DNA of 64,000 bases from an uncultured Saccharospirillum sp. Its GTDB lineage: Bacteria; Pseudomonadota; Gammaproteobacteria; Pseudomonadales; Natronospirillaceae. Positions 10,147 through 20,318 of this stretch are shown in pieces. The stretch covers positions 57,583 through 121,582 of the forward strand of contig CBFGUW010000002.1 in assembly GCA_965652395.1 (NCBI GenBank). The letters run 5' to 3'. The position numbers were made by a program, and so were the translations under genes. Numbering within the stretch: position 1 is the stretch's first letter; each line of letters opens with the position of its first letter. Under the pieces are notes generated by a model. The model was not told the origin of the DNA. It did no database searches and was given only the letters and a program-made list of their open reading frames with translations.

Positions 10147-10391
10147 TGGCCATTCCTAGTGGATACTCAGTGGAACTGGAACTTTATTACGTTCCGACTA
10201 GCGATACTCAGTCGAAGTCCCTCAAAAAAGTCTGAAAACGGGGGTTTTCCACGTTAAAATGGTCGCCAAACAGAAGCGCTCGCCACCATGGCTGTAATTT
10301 TGTTACATTCAGCGCTCTTCAACAGACAGCGGCAGGGTCGGACAGTAACCTTTCTCCGGCCTCTGGAACCAGCGACAACACGTTAAAGGTA

Positions 10392-11363
10392 GTGCAGGCC
10401 ATGATTAATAAAATTGGTGTACTGACCAGCGGAGGCGATGCGCCGGGCATGAATGCCGCCGTTCGCGCCGTGGTAAGAACCGCGATCAGCAAGGGTGTTC
10501 AGGTATACGGTGTCTGGGATGGGTATCTCGGTTTGCACCAAAACCGTATCGAGAAACTGGAACGCCACGACGTTTCCGACCTGATCAACCGGGGCGGCAC
10601 CTTTCTGGGCTCAGCCCGGTTCCCTGAGTTCAAAGAGGAATCCGTGCGTCGCGAGGCCATTGAGAACCTGCGGGAACACGGAGTGGAGGCTCTGGTGGTC
10701 ATCGGCGGTGACGGCTCCTACATGGGTGCCAAACGCCTGACCGAAATGGGCTTTCCCTGCATCGGCCTGCCGGGCACCATCGATAACGACGTGGCCGGAA
10801 CCGACTTCACCATCGGCTTCCACACCGCCCTGAATACCGTCCTCGACGCTATCGATCGTTTGCGCGATACCTGCTCCTCCCACCACCGCATCGCCATTGT
10901 CGAGATCATGGGTCGCTACTGCGGCGATCTGACGTTGATGGCCTCCATTGGCAGTGGCGCCGAATTCACCATCGTGCCGGAAAAAGGGTTCGATGAAGAG
11001 TCTTTGATTCAGACCGTAGCCCAGGACGTCGCCGCCGGTAAAAAACACTCCATCATCGCCATCACCGAGCATGTGACCGATGTCAGCGCGCTCGCCAAGC
11101 GAATCGAAGCGCGGACTGGCCTGGAAACCCGGGCGACGATTCTCGGTCATATTCAACGCGGCGGTGTCCCCTGCGCCTTCGACCGGGTATTGGCGAGTCA
11201 AATGGGTTCGTACGCGGTTGATCTACTGATTGATGGTGTAGGTGGCCGTTGTGTCGGTATCCAGAGCAACAAGCTAGTCCACCACGACATTGTGGACGCC
11301 ATCGAAAACATGCCCAGACCGTTCAAGCAGGACTTGTACGATTTGACCAGTCTGCTGGCGTAA
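10392..11363 (+). CDS. pfkA: ATP-dependent 6-phosphofructokinase
   Basis: [37 protein letters not shown] motifs. Confidence 0.9.
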   Translation: MQAMINKIGVLTSGGDAPGMNAAVRAVVRTAISKGVQVYGVWDGYLGLHQNRIEKLERHDVSDLINRGGTFLGSARFPEFKEESVRREAIENLREHGVEALVVIGGDGSYMGAKRLTEMGFPCIGLPGTIDNDVAGTDFTIGFHTALNTVLDAIDRLRDTCSSHHRIAIVEIMGRYCGDLTLMASIGSGAEFTIVPEKGFDEESLIQTVAQDVAAGKKHSIIAITEHVTDVSALAKRIEARTGLETRATILGHIQRGGVPCAFDRVLASQMGSYAVDLLIDGVGGRCVGIQSNKLVHHDIVDAIENMPRPFKQDLYDLTSLLA

Positions 11364-11395
11364 AACCTTGTAACGCTGGATGCTAAACGGGAGAC

Positions 11396-11427
11396 GGGAG
11401 ACGCTTACTTAGCGTTCAGCGTCTCCC
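11396..11427. terminator. putative bidirectional terminator hairpin between convergent pfkA and motB
   Basis: GGGAGACGC ... GCGTCTCCC 9-bp stem; weak U-tract; same 20-mer occurs inverted at 16757-16790. Confidence 0.35.
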
Positions 11428-11447
11428 GTCATGCCTCTCCCGGCCTC

Positions 11448-12410
11448 TCAAAAGATTTCCTCCGGCTCCAACCCAAACAGGGAAGGATCTCCGAACTCAA
11501 TCTCTTCGCCCTGCTCTTCTTCCGGTACCACGTCACCCTGAAAATCAGGATTGTCCTTACGCACAATGATTTCCACGCGGCGATTGGTGGCTCGGCCTTC
11601 CGGTGTCTCGTTGGAGGCAATCGGCTCGGTGGAGCCATGACCGACAATGGTAAAACGGTCCTCCGGCATTTCTGGCGCGGCCCAGAGGTATTCCGCCACC
11701 GACAGCGCCCGGGCGGAGCTCAACAGCCAGTTGTTGCGGAAGCGGGCGGTAGCGATGGGGACGTTGTCGGTATGCCCTTCCACGGAAATCGATCCCGGCA
11801 CGGTCACCAGCAGGTCACGCACCCGGTCGAGAATGGGCAAATAGGCGTCGGCGACGAAATCCGTTCCTTCACCAAAAGACTGCTCCTTCACTCGAATGAT
11901 GATGGTCTGATTGACGGTTTCGATCTGCAGCAAGCCGTCGGCGATCACATCCGACAGCGCTTCGGCGATTCGCTGCGCTTCCTCCTGGACCTCCTTTTGC
12001 AATTGCTCGTCGGGCACCACGATGCGCCGCGTCAACTGGCCGTCTTCGCCTTGCGCCGTCTCCTGCATCGTCATGGTGTCCTGACAGAGGACTTCGAGGG
12101 AATCCTTCAGATCGGAAATCGTATCCTGACGGATAACGTTCAACGGGGTCGGGTCGGGCCGGGCCGGACTAAATTCCTGGGCGATAATGGAGGTACCCTT
12201 GGGAATCTCATTCACATTCAGTTCGGCCTGCACCCCGAAGGCATTGCGCATAGAACCGGCCAGCCGCTTGAACTTCAGCGCGTCCATTTCCGAAAATGAC
12301 AACAACAGCACGAAAAAGCACATCAGCAGCGCCATCAAATCGGCAAAGGTCGCCATCCAGGCGGGTAACCCGGGTTCGCATTCAGGGCATTCGTCGAAAT
12401 CGTCGCTCAT
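11448..12410 (-). CDS. motB: flagellar stator protein MotB/PomB (OmpA-like C-terminal domain)
   Basis: N-terminal TM with FADLMALLMCFFVLL plug region; C-terminal OmpA/MotB peptidoglycan-binding motif (NRRVEI). Confidence 0.8.
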   Translation of the reverse strand: MSDDFDECPECEPGLPAWMATFADLMALLMCFFVLLLSFSEMDALKFKRLAGSMRNAFGVQAELNVNEIPKGTSIIAQEFSPARPDPTPLNVIRQDTISDLKDSLEVLCQDTMTMQETAQGEDGQLTRRIVVPDEQLQKEVQEEAQRIAEALSDVIADGLLQIETVNQTIIIRVKEQSFGEGTDFVADAYLPILDRVRDLLVTVPGSISVEGHTDNVPIATARFRNNWLLSSARALSVAEYLWAAPEMPEDRFTIVGHGSTEPIASNETPEGRATNRRVEIIVRKDNPDFQGDVVPEEEQGEEIEFGDPSLFGLEPEEIF

Positions 12411-12428
12411 CTCTACTCCGGACCCGGC

Positions 12429-13181
12429 TTACTCGGTGCCACGCTTGGACGACGGCAGGTAGCTTTTCAGCATCGACTCGATGATGCGCGGGTTCTGACC
12501 CGCCTGAATGGAAAGCAGCCCATCGATGATCATGCGTTGAATGCGCTCTTCCTCCAATGCCCGCAGTTTGAGCTTGTCTCTGATCGGCAGCGCCACGGCC
12601 GTTGCCATGAAAGACCCGTACAGTGTGGTCAACAACGCCACCGCCATGGCCGGGCCGATGGACTTTGGATCGTCCATGTTCGCCAGCATGGCCACCAGGC
12701 CGATCAGGGTGCCGATCATGCCCATGGCCGGGGCGACATCCCCAATGGCGGCGAAAAAGGAAGCGCCCTCCTGGTGGCGGTCGGAGGTCATCTTCATGTC
12801 CTTGCCGAGCAACTGCTTAACCACTTCGGGGTCGTGACCGTCCACCAGCAACTGAATGCCCTTGCTGAGGAAGTCATTGCTGGTTTCGCGGCCTTCGAGA
12901 GACAGCAAACCGCCCTTACGGGCGGCATCCGCCAGCTCGACAATCTCTTCGATCAATTCATCCTGGCTGACCAATGAAAAGGAAAACGCCTTGCCGATCA
13001 CACTGCCTACGTTTAAAAAACGGTCCAGCGTCAGTTTCGACATGGCCACGAAGATCGAACCGACAACCACGATAAGAATGGACGGTACATTGATATACAT
13101 CCCGAAGCTGCCGCCCAACAGCATCGACATCAACACCATTGCTAAGGCCCCGATCAGGCCGATGATCATCGCTAAATCCAC
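12429..13181 (-). CDS. motA: flagellar stator protein MotA/PomA (MotA/TolQ/ExbB proton channel family)
   Basis: 4-TM MotA architecture, 250 aa, directly upstream of motB. Confidence 0.8.
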   Translation of the reverse strand: MDLAMIIGLIGALAMVLMSMLLGGSFGMYINVPSILIVVVGSIFVAMSKLTLDRFLNVGSVIGKAFSFSLVSQDELIEEIVELADAARKGGLLSLEGRETSNDFLSKGIQLLVDGHDPEVVKQLLGKDMKMTSDRHQEGASFFAAIGDVAPAMGMIGTLIGLVAMLANMDDPKSIGPAMAVALLTTLYGSFMATAVALPIRDKLKLRALEEERIQRMIIDGLLSIQAGQNPRIIESMLKSYLPSSKRGTE

Positions 13182-13508
13182 GGTTCACCCTTCCCGGACT
13201 GGCATGGGAGCCCTACCGGCCCCCGGGAACAACTCAGCCTGACCCACCGGGCCGGCCCTTGATAACCTGGCTTTCATCCTGAAATGCTTGATTTTGGCGA
13301 CGCATCCCGTCACCGCCTTTGTATCCGTTCAGTCTAGCAACGCAGCAGCCTGTCCGCGTGCAAGCTTGGAGAAATTCACTCAGGATAAAGTTCCCAACGG
13401 GCGCTTTATCGAGAGACTGACCTCTATTCTATCGGCCGCCGTTCTGATTAGTTGACCCCTTCGGCTTCGATCAGTACCTTTGCCGCCAGAGAATCTTAGG
13501 AAACCCCC

Positions 13509-13742
13509 ATGTCTGAGCAGAAAACTCCGGACTTCGAAAGCAAGATGGAAGCCCTGGAAACCTTGGTGGAGCGCCTGGAATCGGGCGAGTTGTCGCTGGA
13601 TGACGCCATGAAAACCTTCGAACAGGGCATTAAACTGACCCGTGAATGCCAGTCGGCGCTCGATGCCGCCGAGCAAAAAGTACAGGTATTGCTCGGCCAG
13701 GCCGGTGACGAACACCTGGAGCCCTTTACTCCCGAAAAGTGA
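13509..13742 (+). CDS. xseB: exodeoxyribonuclease VII small subunit
   Basis: FE..M..LE.LV..LE.G.L.LD family signature; conserved xseB-ispA-dxs order. Confidence 0.9.
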   Translation: MSEQKTPDFESKMEALETLVERLESGELSLDDAMKTFEQGIKLTRECQSALDAAEQKVQVLLGQAGDEHLEPFTPEK

Positions 13743-13753
13743 GCCCTCCCTGA

Positions 13754-14635
13754 ATGAATCTTGAGCGCTTCCAGGACGATACCCGTCGACGGCTGGAACG
13801 GCACCTGGATGATCTGACGTTGTCCGCGCCTTCGGAACGATTACGGGCGGCCATGCGATATTCCCTGCTCGACGGCGGTAAACGGCTGCGGCCGTTGCTG
13901 GTTCGGGCGGCGGCCCAGAGCTTGAAGGTGGACAGCGATCAATGGCTGTACCCCGCCGCCGCTTTGGAGATGGTGCATGCCTACAGCCTGATCCACGACG
14001 ACCTCCCGGCCATGGACAACGACGATCTGCGTCGGGGTCGACCAACCAACCATAGGGCATTCGATGAAGCCACCGCCATTCTCGCGGGAGACGCCCTCCA
14101 GGCGCTGGCATTCGAGCACCTGACCCAAACGCCGGACCTCTCCGACAGCACCCGTCTCAAAATGGTGCGGATTCTGGCCCGCCAGGCGGGACAACAGGGT
14201 ATGGTGGGCGGTCAGATGCTTGACCTTCAAGCCGAAGGCCGGGATCTGGACGAGACCGAATTGGCCTCGATTCATCGGCTCAAGACCGGCGCCCTGATCG
14301 AATCGGCCCTGCAATTGGGCGCCCTTTGTGCGCCGGGGTTGGATGAAGCCAGCCTGGAGCCATTCACCACCTACGGTCAGGCTTTGGGGCTCGCCTTTCA
14401 GATTACCGACGACATTCTGGATGTGACCACCGACACCGCCACCCTGGGCAAACCTCAGGGCAGCGACGTGGCACGTAACAAATCCACCTACGTGCGTCTA
14501 CTGGGGCTGGAGGGTGCGCGGGCCCAGGCATTACACCAGGTGAACACCGCCAAGACCGCCCTGGCATCACTGGCCATCGACACGGACAGCCCCTTACACT
14601 GGCTGGCCGACTACGTGCTCGCTCGGGATCATTGA
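13754..14635 (+). CDS. ispA: farnesyl diphosphate synthase (geranyltranstransferase)
   Basis: DDLPAMDNDDLRRGRPT first aspartate-rich motif; second FQITDDILD motif. Confidence 0.9.
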   Translation: MNLERFQDDTRRRLERHLDDLTLSAPSERLRAAMRYSLLDGGKRLRPLLVRAAAQSLKVDSDQWLYPAAALEMVHAYSLIHDDLPAMDNDDLRRGRPTNHRAFDEATAILAGDALQALAFEHLTQTPDLSDSTRLKMVRILARQAGQQGMVGGQMLDLQAEGRDLDETELASIHRLKTGALIESALQLGALCAPGLDEASLEPFTTYGQALGLAFQITDDILDVTTDTATLGKPQGSDVARNKSTYVRLLGLEGARAQALHQVNTAKTALASLAIDTDSPLHWLADYVLARDH

Positions 14636-14845
14636 CGCGAGACAATCGCTGACAGCCCCTGTTTTGGGTAAACTGTGCGGTTTCAGCACCCCGGCCAATC
14701 ACTTGGCCGTTCTGTTCCAACGACTTTTTTATGAGCGGTTCAGCCCGGTTTCAGATCGTCCCTTATCCGTTTGGCTGACCGAACAACGATAAACCGAATA
14801 ACCATGGGTACCGGGACGGGCCCTTTGGCAGGTACGCTCATTCGC

Positions 14846-16735
14846 ATGAAGGTTTTCACACACATCCCGAAAGCTCGGCCGACGACACCTTTGCTCGACA
14901 GCATCGACACCCCGGCCGATCTGCGTCGGTTGTCGGTGTCCGAACTGCCGGAACTGGCCGACGAGTTGCGGGAGTATTTGCTGTACACAGTCGGCCAGTC
15001 CGGCGGGCATTTTGGCGCCGGGTTGGGCGTTGTCGAACTGACAGTCGCCCTGCATTACGTCTATGAAACCCCGAACGAACGGCTGGTGTGGGATGTCGGT
15101 CATCAGGCGTATCCCCATAAAATTCTCACCGGCCGCCGGGAAAAAATGCCCACCATTCGTCAGGGTGGCGGTCTGGCCGCCTTCCCCGCACGCCAGGAGA
15201 GTGAATACGACACCTTTGGTGTGGGCCATTCCAGCACCTCCATTTCAGCCGCTCTGGGCATGTCCATCGCGGATCGGCTGGTGGGCCGGGCACGGCAATC
15301 GGTCGCTATCATCGGCGACGGTGCCCTGACTGCGGGCATGGCGTTCGAAGCACTGAACCATGCCGGGCATGACGGCGCCGATCTGTTGGTGGTTCTGAAC
15401 GACAACGACATGTCGATTTCGGAAAACGTCGGCGCGCTGTCGAAGGCGTTCTCCCGCGTGTTCGCCTCCAAAACCTACAGCCACATGCGTGAGAACAGCA
15501 AAAAAGTGCTGCAGAACCTGCCCCCCATGCTGGAATTCGCCCGCAAGGCTGAAGAACACATGAAAGGCATGGTCTCGCCGGGCACCCTGTTCGAAGAATT
15601 GGGTTTCAACTATGTCGGCCCGATCGACGGCCATGATGTTGTCGAGCTGGTGCATACCCTCAGAAATTTGCGCTCCTTCAAAGGCCCACAGTTTCTGCAT
15701 ATCGCCACCCAAAAGGGCAAAGGGTTCACTCCCGCTGAAAACGAGCCGATCAAATACCACGCCATCACCAAAATCGAACGGGAAGACACCGCCCCGGCTC
15801 CGAAAAAACCCAGCGGTCCAAAATACTCCAACGTTTTCGGGCAATGGCTGTGCGACATGGCCACTCACGACCAACGTCTGGTGGGCATTACACCAGCCAT
15901 GCGCGAAGGCTCGGATCTGGTGAAGTTTTCCGAGCAATTTCCGGAAAGATACATTGACGTCGCCATCGCCGAGCAACATGCCGTTACCTTGGCGGCTGGC
16001 CTGGCCTGTGACGGCGCCAAACCCGTGGTCGCCATCTATTCCACCTTCCTGCAGCGCGCCTACGACCAATTGATTCACGATGTCGCACTGCAGAATCTGG
16101 ATGTCCTGTTCGCGATCGATCGCGCCGGGCTGGTCGGAGAAGACGGCCCAACTCACGCGGGGAGTTTCGATCTGACCTATCTACGCTGCGTTCCCAACAT
16201 GGTGGTCATGGCGCCGAAGGACGAAAACGAATGCCGCCAAATGCTCACCACCGGCTACCGCCATGAAGGCCCGGCCGCCGTGCGCTATCCGCGTGGCACC
16301 GGTCCGGGAACGCCAATCGACCCTGAACTGATCGACCTGCCCATCGGCAAGGCCGAGCCCCTGCTGGAAGGCCGGAAAGTCGCCATTCTGGCCTTTGGTA
16401 GTCTTGTACCCGCCGCCATCGAGGCAGGCAAAGCTCTGAACGCCACCGTCGTCAACATGCGCTTCATCAAACCTCTGGATGTCGACTTGGTCGTCGAGAT
16501 GGCGGACAAGCATGACCTGCTGGTCACGGTGGAAGAAAACGCCATCATGGGCGGCGCCGGTTCCGCTGTCAGTGAAGCCTTACATGCACAGGGTATTAAC
16601 CTACCCATGCTGCAGCTCGGCCTGCCGGATACCTACATAGAACACGGCAAACCGGCGGATATGCTGGCCGGTGTAGGATTGGATGCCGCTGGAGTTCAAC
16701 GTGCTATCGAAGCCCGGCTCGCCGAGATGGATTGA
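14846..16735 (+). CDS. dxs: 1-deoxy-D-xylulose-5-phosphate synthase
   Basis: TPP-binding GDGA...NDN region, GGHFGAGLG motif; start placed at [18 protein letters not shown] by analogy to Pseudomonas Dxs N-terminus. Confidence 0.9.
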   Translation: MKVFTHIPKARPTTPLLDSIDTPADLRRLSVSELPELADELREYLLYTVGQSGGHFGAGLGVVELTVALHYVYETPNERLVWDVGHQAYPHKILTGRREKMPTIRQGGGLAAFPARQESEYDTFGVGHSSTSISAALGMSIADRLVGRARQSVAIIGDGALTAGMAFEALNHAGHDGADLLVVLNDNDMSISENVGALSKAFSRVFASKTYSHMRENSKKVLQNLPPMLEFARKAEEHMKGMVSPGTLFEELGFNYVGPIDGHDVVELVHTLRNLRSFKGPQFLHIATQKGKGFTPAENEPIKYHAITKIEREDTAPAPKKPSGPKYSNVFGQWLCDMATHDQRLVGITPAMREGSDLVKFSEQFPERYIDVAIAEQHAVTLAAGLACDGAKPVVAIYSTFLQRAYDQLIHDVALQNLDVLFAIDRAGLVGEDGPTHAGSFDLTYLRCVPNMVVMAPKDENECRQMLTTGYRHEGPAAVRYPRGTGPGTPIDPELIDLPIGKAEPLLEGRKVAILAFGSLVPAAIEAGKALNATVVNMRFIKPLDVDLVVEMADKHDLLVTVEENAIMGGAGSAVSEALHAQGINLPMLQLGLPDTYIEHGKPADMLAGVGLDAAGVQRAIEARLAEMD

Positions 16736-16906
16736 CATAGGGAGATGCTTGACGGAAGACGCTGAACGCAAGTTCTAAACAGCGCCTCCCGTCTCCCATC
16801 CAGCGTCTCCCATTCCGCATATATTCCATTTTGAGACCTCAATCGCATTCGTATTCCCCCGGTTATCGGCTAAACTGACCGCTCGGACTAACCAAGGGAT
16901 TCAATC

Positions 16907-17287
16907 ATGAATCAGGGACTCTCTACCTATCAGCAGCAAGTGGAAGAGTGGCGGGAGAGACTCTCGGCCAAGTCCGGTGCCCAAGAGGAGACTCCTTTCG
17001 GCCCCGAGGCTCTCGTTTATAAGGTCGCCGGTAAAATGTTCGCACTGATCAGCCTGGGGGAAAGGTTGCGACTGAACCTGAAGTGCGATCCGCAGGAAGC
17101 GATGATTCTGCGGGAGACATTTACCGCCGTTACTCCCGGATATCACATGAACAAGAAACATTGGAACAGTATCGACCTGCTGGCCGGGCTGGATACTGCG
17201 TTGATACAGGGCTGGGTGGATGACTCCTACGACCTGGTCACCGCCAAGCTGCCCAAAAAGGTTCAGGCTCACCTTACTGGGGCCTGA
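16907..17287 (+). CDS. MmcQ/YjbR family DNA-binding protein
   Basis: 126-aa protein with family-typical YKVAGKMFA block (family call from memory). Confidence 0.55.
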   Translation: MNQGLSTYQQQVEEWRERLSAKSGAQEETPFGPEALVYKVAGKMFALISLGERLRLNLKCDPQEAMILRETFTAVTPGYHMNKKHWNSIDLLAGLDTALIQGWVDDSYDLVTAKLPKKVQAHLTGA

Positions 17288-17307
17288 ACATCCGCCAAGG
17301 AGGACTT

Positions 17308-17964
17308 ATGAATAACCTGTCACTCGTCATCGGCAACAAGAATTATTCCAGCTGGTCGTTGCGGTCCTGGCTGTTGCTACGCCACTTCCAGATCCATTTC
17401 CGGGAAGTCAAAATTCCGTTGTACTCCGCGGAGACCAAAGCATTGCTGGCCCGCCATTCGCCTTCGGGCAAGGTGCCGGTTCTCGACATTGGCACCACCC
17501 TGATCTGGGATTCGCTGGCCATCGCCGAGACTGTCAATGAGCTCTACCTGGAAGGTTCCGGATGGCCGCGTAAGCCCGACCTGCGAGCGCTGGGCCGCTC
17601 CGCCTGCGCCGAGATGCATTCGGGCTTCAACCATTTGCGATCAAACATGCCGATGAACTGCCGCCGCCGGGTCAAGGGCTTCCAACCAGACGCCGCCACC
17701 CAGGCCGATATCGACCGTATGAACACCCTGCTGGGGGAATGCCTGGAACGTTCCGGCGGCCCTTTCCTTCTTGGGCGTTTTTCAATCGCCGATGCTTTTT
17801 TTGCTCCTGTGGCCAGCCGTTATGTCACCTACGGAATCGAGGTTCCGGCACCAATTGGCGCCTGGATGGACAAGCTCGCCAGTCTTGAGGCTATGCAGGA
17901 ATGGCTCTTGGAAGCGGAAGCTGAGCCGGAGGTAATCGAAGAAGCCGAAGTGGCGGATCGTTGA
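17308..17964 (+). CDS. glutathione S-transferase family protein
   Basis: N-terminal thioredoxin-like GST fold (YSSWSLR, KVPVL), C-terminal helical domain. Confidence 0.7.
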   Translation: MNNLSLVIGNKNYSSWSLRSWLLLRHFQIHFREVKIPLYSAETKALLARHSPSGKVPVLDIGTTLIWDSLAIAETVNELYLEGSGWPRKPDLRALGRSACAEMHSGFNHLRSNMPMNCRRRVKGFQPDAATQADIDRMNTLLGECLERSGGPFLLGRFSIADAFFAPVASRYVTYGIEVPAPIGAWMDKLASLEAMQEWLLEAEAEPEVIEEAEVADR

Positions 17965-17971
17965 CGGACAT

Positions 17972-18322
17972 TCAAACGTGGTGCTTTAAATAACGCCGCA
18001 TGACCTCAGCGTACTCTTCATCACGACTGATGGCCTGCACCCCCACCACCGTCTCCCGTCCGCCGGAGCGGAAGGTGGTGTAGGCCACTTGCCCCACAAA
18101 ACAGCAGTGCTGTTTTTTCCCATCAAAAAAAGCGTTTACGCAGACCAGTACTTTCTCACCTTTTTTCAGACAGGCATCCGTGGTGAATTGGATACCGTTG
18201 GCGCTGACATTGGTGGACCGCGCATTAACCTTTGTTTTATCAGCCTTGACCACAACCACAGACCAAAAGGCCTTGGCCCTCCCCTCACTACGCCGCTCTG
18301 ACATGGCTACTACTCTTAGCAT
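17972..18322 (-). CDS. PilZ domain protein
   Basis: RSEGR (RxxxR) and NVSANG (D/NxSxxG) motifs; true start may be internal Met (MSERR...). Confidence 0.55.
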   Translation of the reverse strand: MLRVVAMSERRSEGRAKAFWSVVVVKADKTKVNARSTNVSANGIQFTTDACLKKGEKVLVCVNAFFDGKKQHCCFVGQVAYTTFRSGGRETVVGVQAISRDEEYAEVMRRYLKHHV

Positions 18323-18433
18323 CGGGAACTGTCATTCAGTTTAGTTCGTGAACGACCCGCCGGTGGAAAAAGCTGCCAGAACTTCTTTAAAAATTGTTAA
18401 GCTAACCAATCGGACAACTTCCAGGACTGCGCT

Positions 18434-19261
18434 ATGTTGACTACCGAACAACTGAATTCTTTTAAAGAAGATGGCTATCTGCTGTTACCGGACATCGTTG
18501 ATGAGAGCGAGCGACAGGCGCTGATAGATCGGTCTTACGGCATCATCGAGGAGGCCAATCTGGACCAGACCAGCCGCTTTTCCACCACCGACCGGGCACA
18601 AATCAATCACGATTATTTTCTGGGTTCGGCTGAAACCGTGCGTTGTTTTTTCGAGGAGGGTGCGTTCGACACATCCGGCAGGTTGCAGCAGCCCAGAGCG
18701 CAGTCAATCAACAAAATCGGCCATGCGCTGCATGATCATGAGCCCTTGTTCAACCGCTTCGCGCGACGCGCCGACTTCAGCGAACTAGCCCGCGACCTGG
18801 GGCACGCCCAACCCGCCCTGTATCAAACCATGGTGATTTTTAAACAACCGCGCATCGGCGGCGAAGTCACTTGGCACCAGGACGCGACGTTCTTTTACAC
18901 CGAGCCGACCAGTGTTATTACCTACTGGTTTGCGCTGGAAGATGCCACCCTCGAAAACGGCTGCCTTTGGGTCGAGCCGGGCGGTCACAAAGGCCCGCTG
19001 CGAGAGCGGTACTTCTGTGAAAACGGGGAATTGCGAATGGAAACGCTCAACGACATGCCCTGGCCGGGCGACCACGGCACGCCCATGCCGGTGAAAGCCG
19101 GCAGCCTGCTGATATTTCACGGCCACCTTCCCCATTACAGCGCGCCCAACCGCTCAACCAGATCCCGTTTGGCGCTGACGTTTCATGTGGTGGACGCCGC
19201 CACTGACTACGCCACTGAAAACTGGCTGCAGCGTCCAAATCTTGGGGAGTTTCACCTGTAA
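18434..19261 (+). CDS. phytanoyl-CoA dioxygenase (PhyH) family Fe(II)/2OG oxygenase
   Basis: PhyH-like HxD...H arrangement (WHQD, HGHLPH). Confidence 0.7.
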   Translation: MLTTEQLNSFKEDGYLLLPDIVDESERQALIDRSYGIIEEANLDQTSRFSTTDRAQINHDYFLGSAETVRCFFEEGAFDTSGRLQQPRAQSINKIGHALHDHEPLFNRFARRADFSELARDLGHAQPALYQTMVIFKQPRIGGEVTWHQDATFFYTEPTSVITYWFALEDATLENGCLWVEPGGHKGPLRERYFCENGELRMETLNDMPWPGDHGTPMPVKAGSLLIFHGHLPHYSAPNRSTRSRLALTFHVVDAATDYATENWLQRPNLGEFHL

Positions 19262-19281
19262 CCGGGATCGAACCGCCCGGC

Positions 19282-19719
19282 TTACTCTCCGATATCCTCA
19301 TTCCAAAGCTCGGGGCGGCCTGCGATAAACCGCTCCATGAGGGCTATACAGTCTTCATTTTGAACGACTTCGACCTCAACGCCCCGGCTCTTCAACAGTT
19401 CCTCCTCCCCCATAAACGTCTTGTTCTCGCCAATCACCACCTTGGGGATGCCATACAACAGAATGGCCCCGGTACACATCGGGCAAGGCGACAGGGTGGT
19501 GTACAACACCGAATCCCGATAGACGGAAGCCGGTTGACGCCCGGCGTTTTCCAGGGCGTCCATTTCGCCATGCAGGACCACAGAACCGCTCTGCACCCGG
19601 CGGTTGTGACCGCGACCAATGATCACCCCCTTGTGTACCAATACCGAGCCGATAGGAATACCGCCTTCCCGAGCACCCAGTTCAGCCTCTTCCAACGCGG
19701 CCTGTAAGCATAAGTCCAT
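19282..19719 (-). CDS. nucleoside/nucleotide deaminase (CMP/dCMP-type zinc deaminase family)
   Basis: HGEMDA (HAE-type) and PCPMC zinc-binding motifs. Confidence 0.75.
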   Translation of the reverse strand: MDLCLQAALEEAELGAREGGIPIGSVLVHKGVIIGRGHNRRVQSGSVVLHGEMDALENAGRQPASVYRDSVLYTTLSPCPMCTGAILLYGIPKVVIGENKTFMGEEELLKSRGVEVEVVQNEDCIALMERFIAGRPELWNEDIGE

Positions 19720-19741
19720 GGTGACCTCCCTCTATTTATTG

Positions 19742-20221
19742 TCAGTCTCGCTGATAAGTCCCCACCAGGCGATTCATACCAATCACATGAGGCTCCACAG
19801 CTTCCAACAGTTGCCAGAGCGACATGCCCTTGTCCAGTTTCAGATCGGTATCCAGCGCCAAGACCCAGAAATAATAGCGATGCACTCCGTGGCCTTCCGG
19901 CGGCATCGGGCCGCCGTAACCGACTTTTCCAAAATTGTTCTTGCCGGGGGTGCCCAGCTCGGTTCCCTCCTCCAACGAAGTAGTGGAGGCGGGAAGGTTA
20001 TACAGCACCCAATGCACGAAACCATAGGTACCGTTGGACGAAATGAGGGGGGCATCCGGGTCGTGACACAGCACGGCCAGCGACTGAGTACCCTCTGGGA
20101 TGTTGCTCCAGTTCAAAGCCGGAGAGACATCCTCCCCTTCACCCGAGTATTTTTTGGGAATGGACCCGCCATCATCAAAGGCCGGGCTGGTCAAGGTGAT
20201 TTCAGATAACGCGAACGGCAT
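19742..20221 (-). CDS. YbhB/YbcL family phosphatidylethanolamine-binding (Raf kinase inhibitor-like) protein
   Basis: CHDPDAP and GHGVHRYYF PEBP motifs; start placed at MPFAL. Confidence 0.7.
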   Translation of the reverse strand: MPFALSEITLTSPAFDDGGSIPKKYSGEGEDVSPALNWSNIPEGTQSLAVLCHDPDAPLISSNGTYGFVHWVLYNLPASTTSLEEGTELGTPGKNNFGKVGYGGPMPPEGHGVHRYYFWVLALDTDLKLDKGMSLWQLLEAVEPHVIGMNRLVGTYQRD

Positions 20222-20318
20222 GGCAGACCTCCTGGATTTTTTATATGAGTCTACCGTTTCAGCATAGCCCAACTACCGGCCGTGAAGTCAATCAGATCAT
20301 TGGCGGGTTGTTAACGGG

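Noticed and set aside
13380-13420. Sigma-28-like motif TAAAGTTC-N11-TTTATCGA in the motA/xseB divergent region
   Set aside because: The -35-like half matches but the -10 half does not match GCCGATAA. It is also oriented toward xseB rather than the flagellar stator genes, so it is probably fortuitous.
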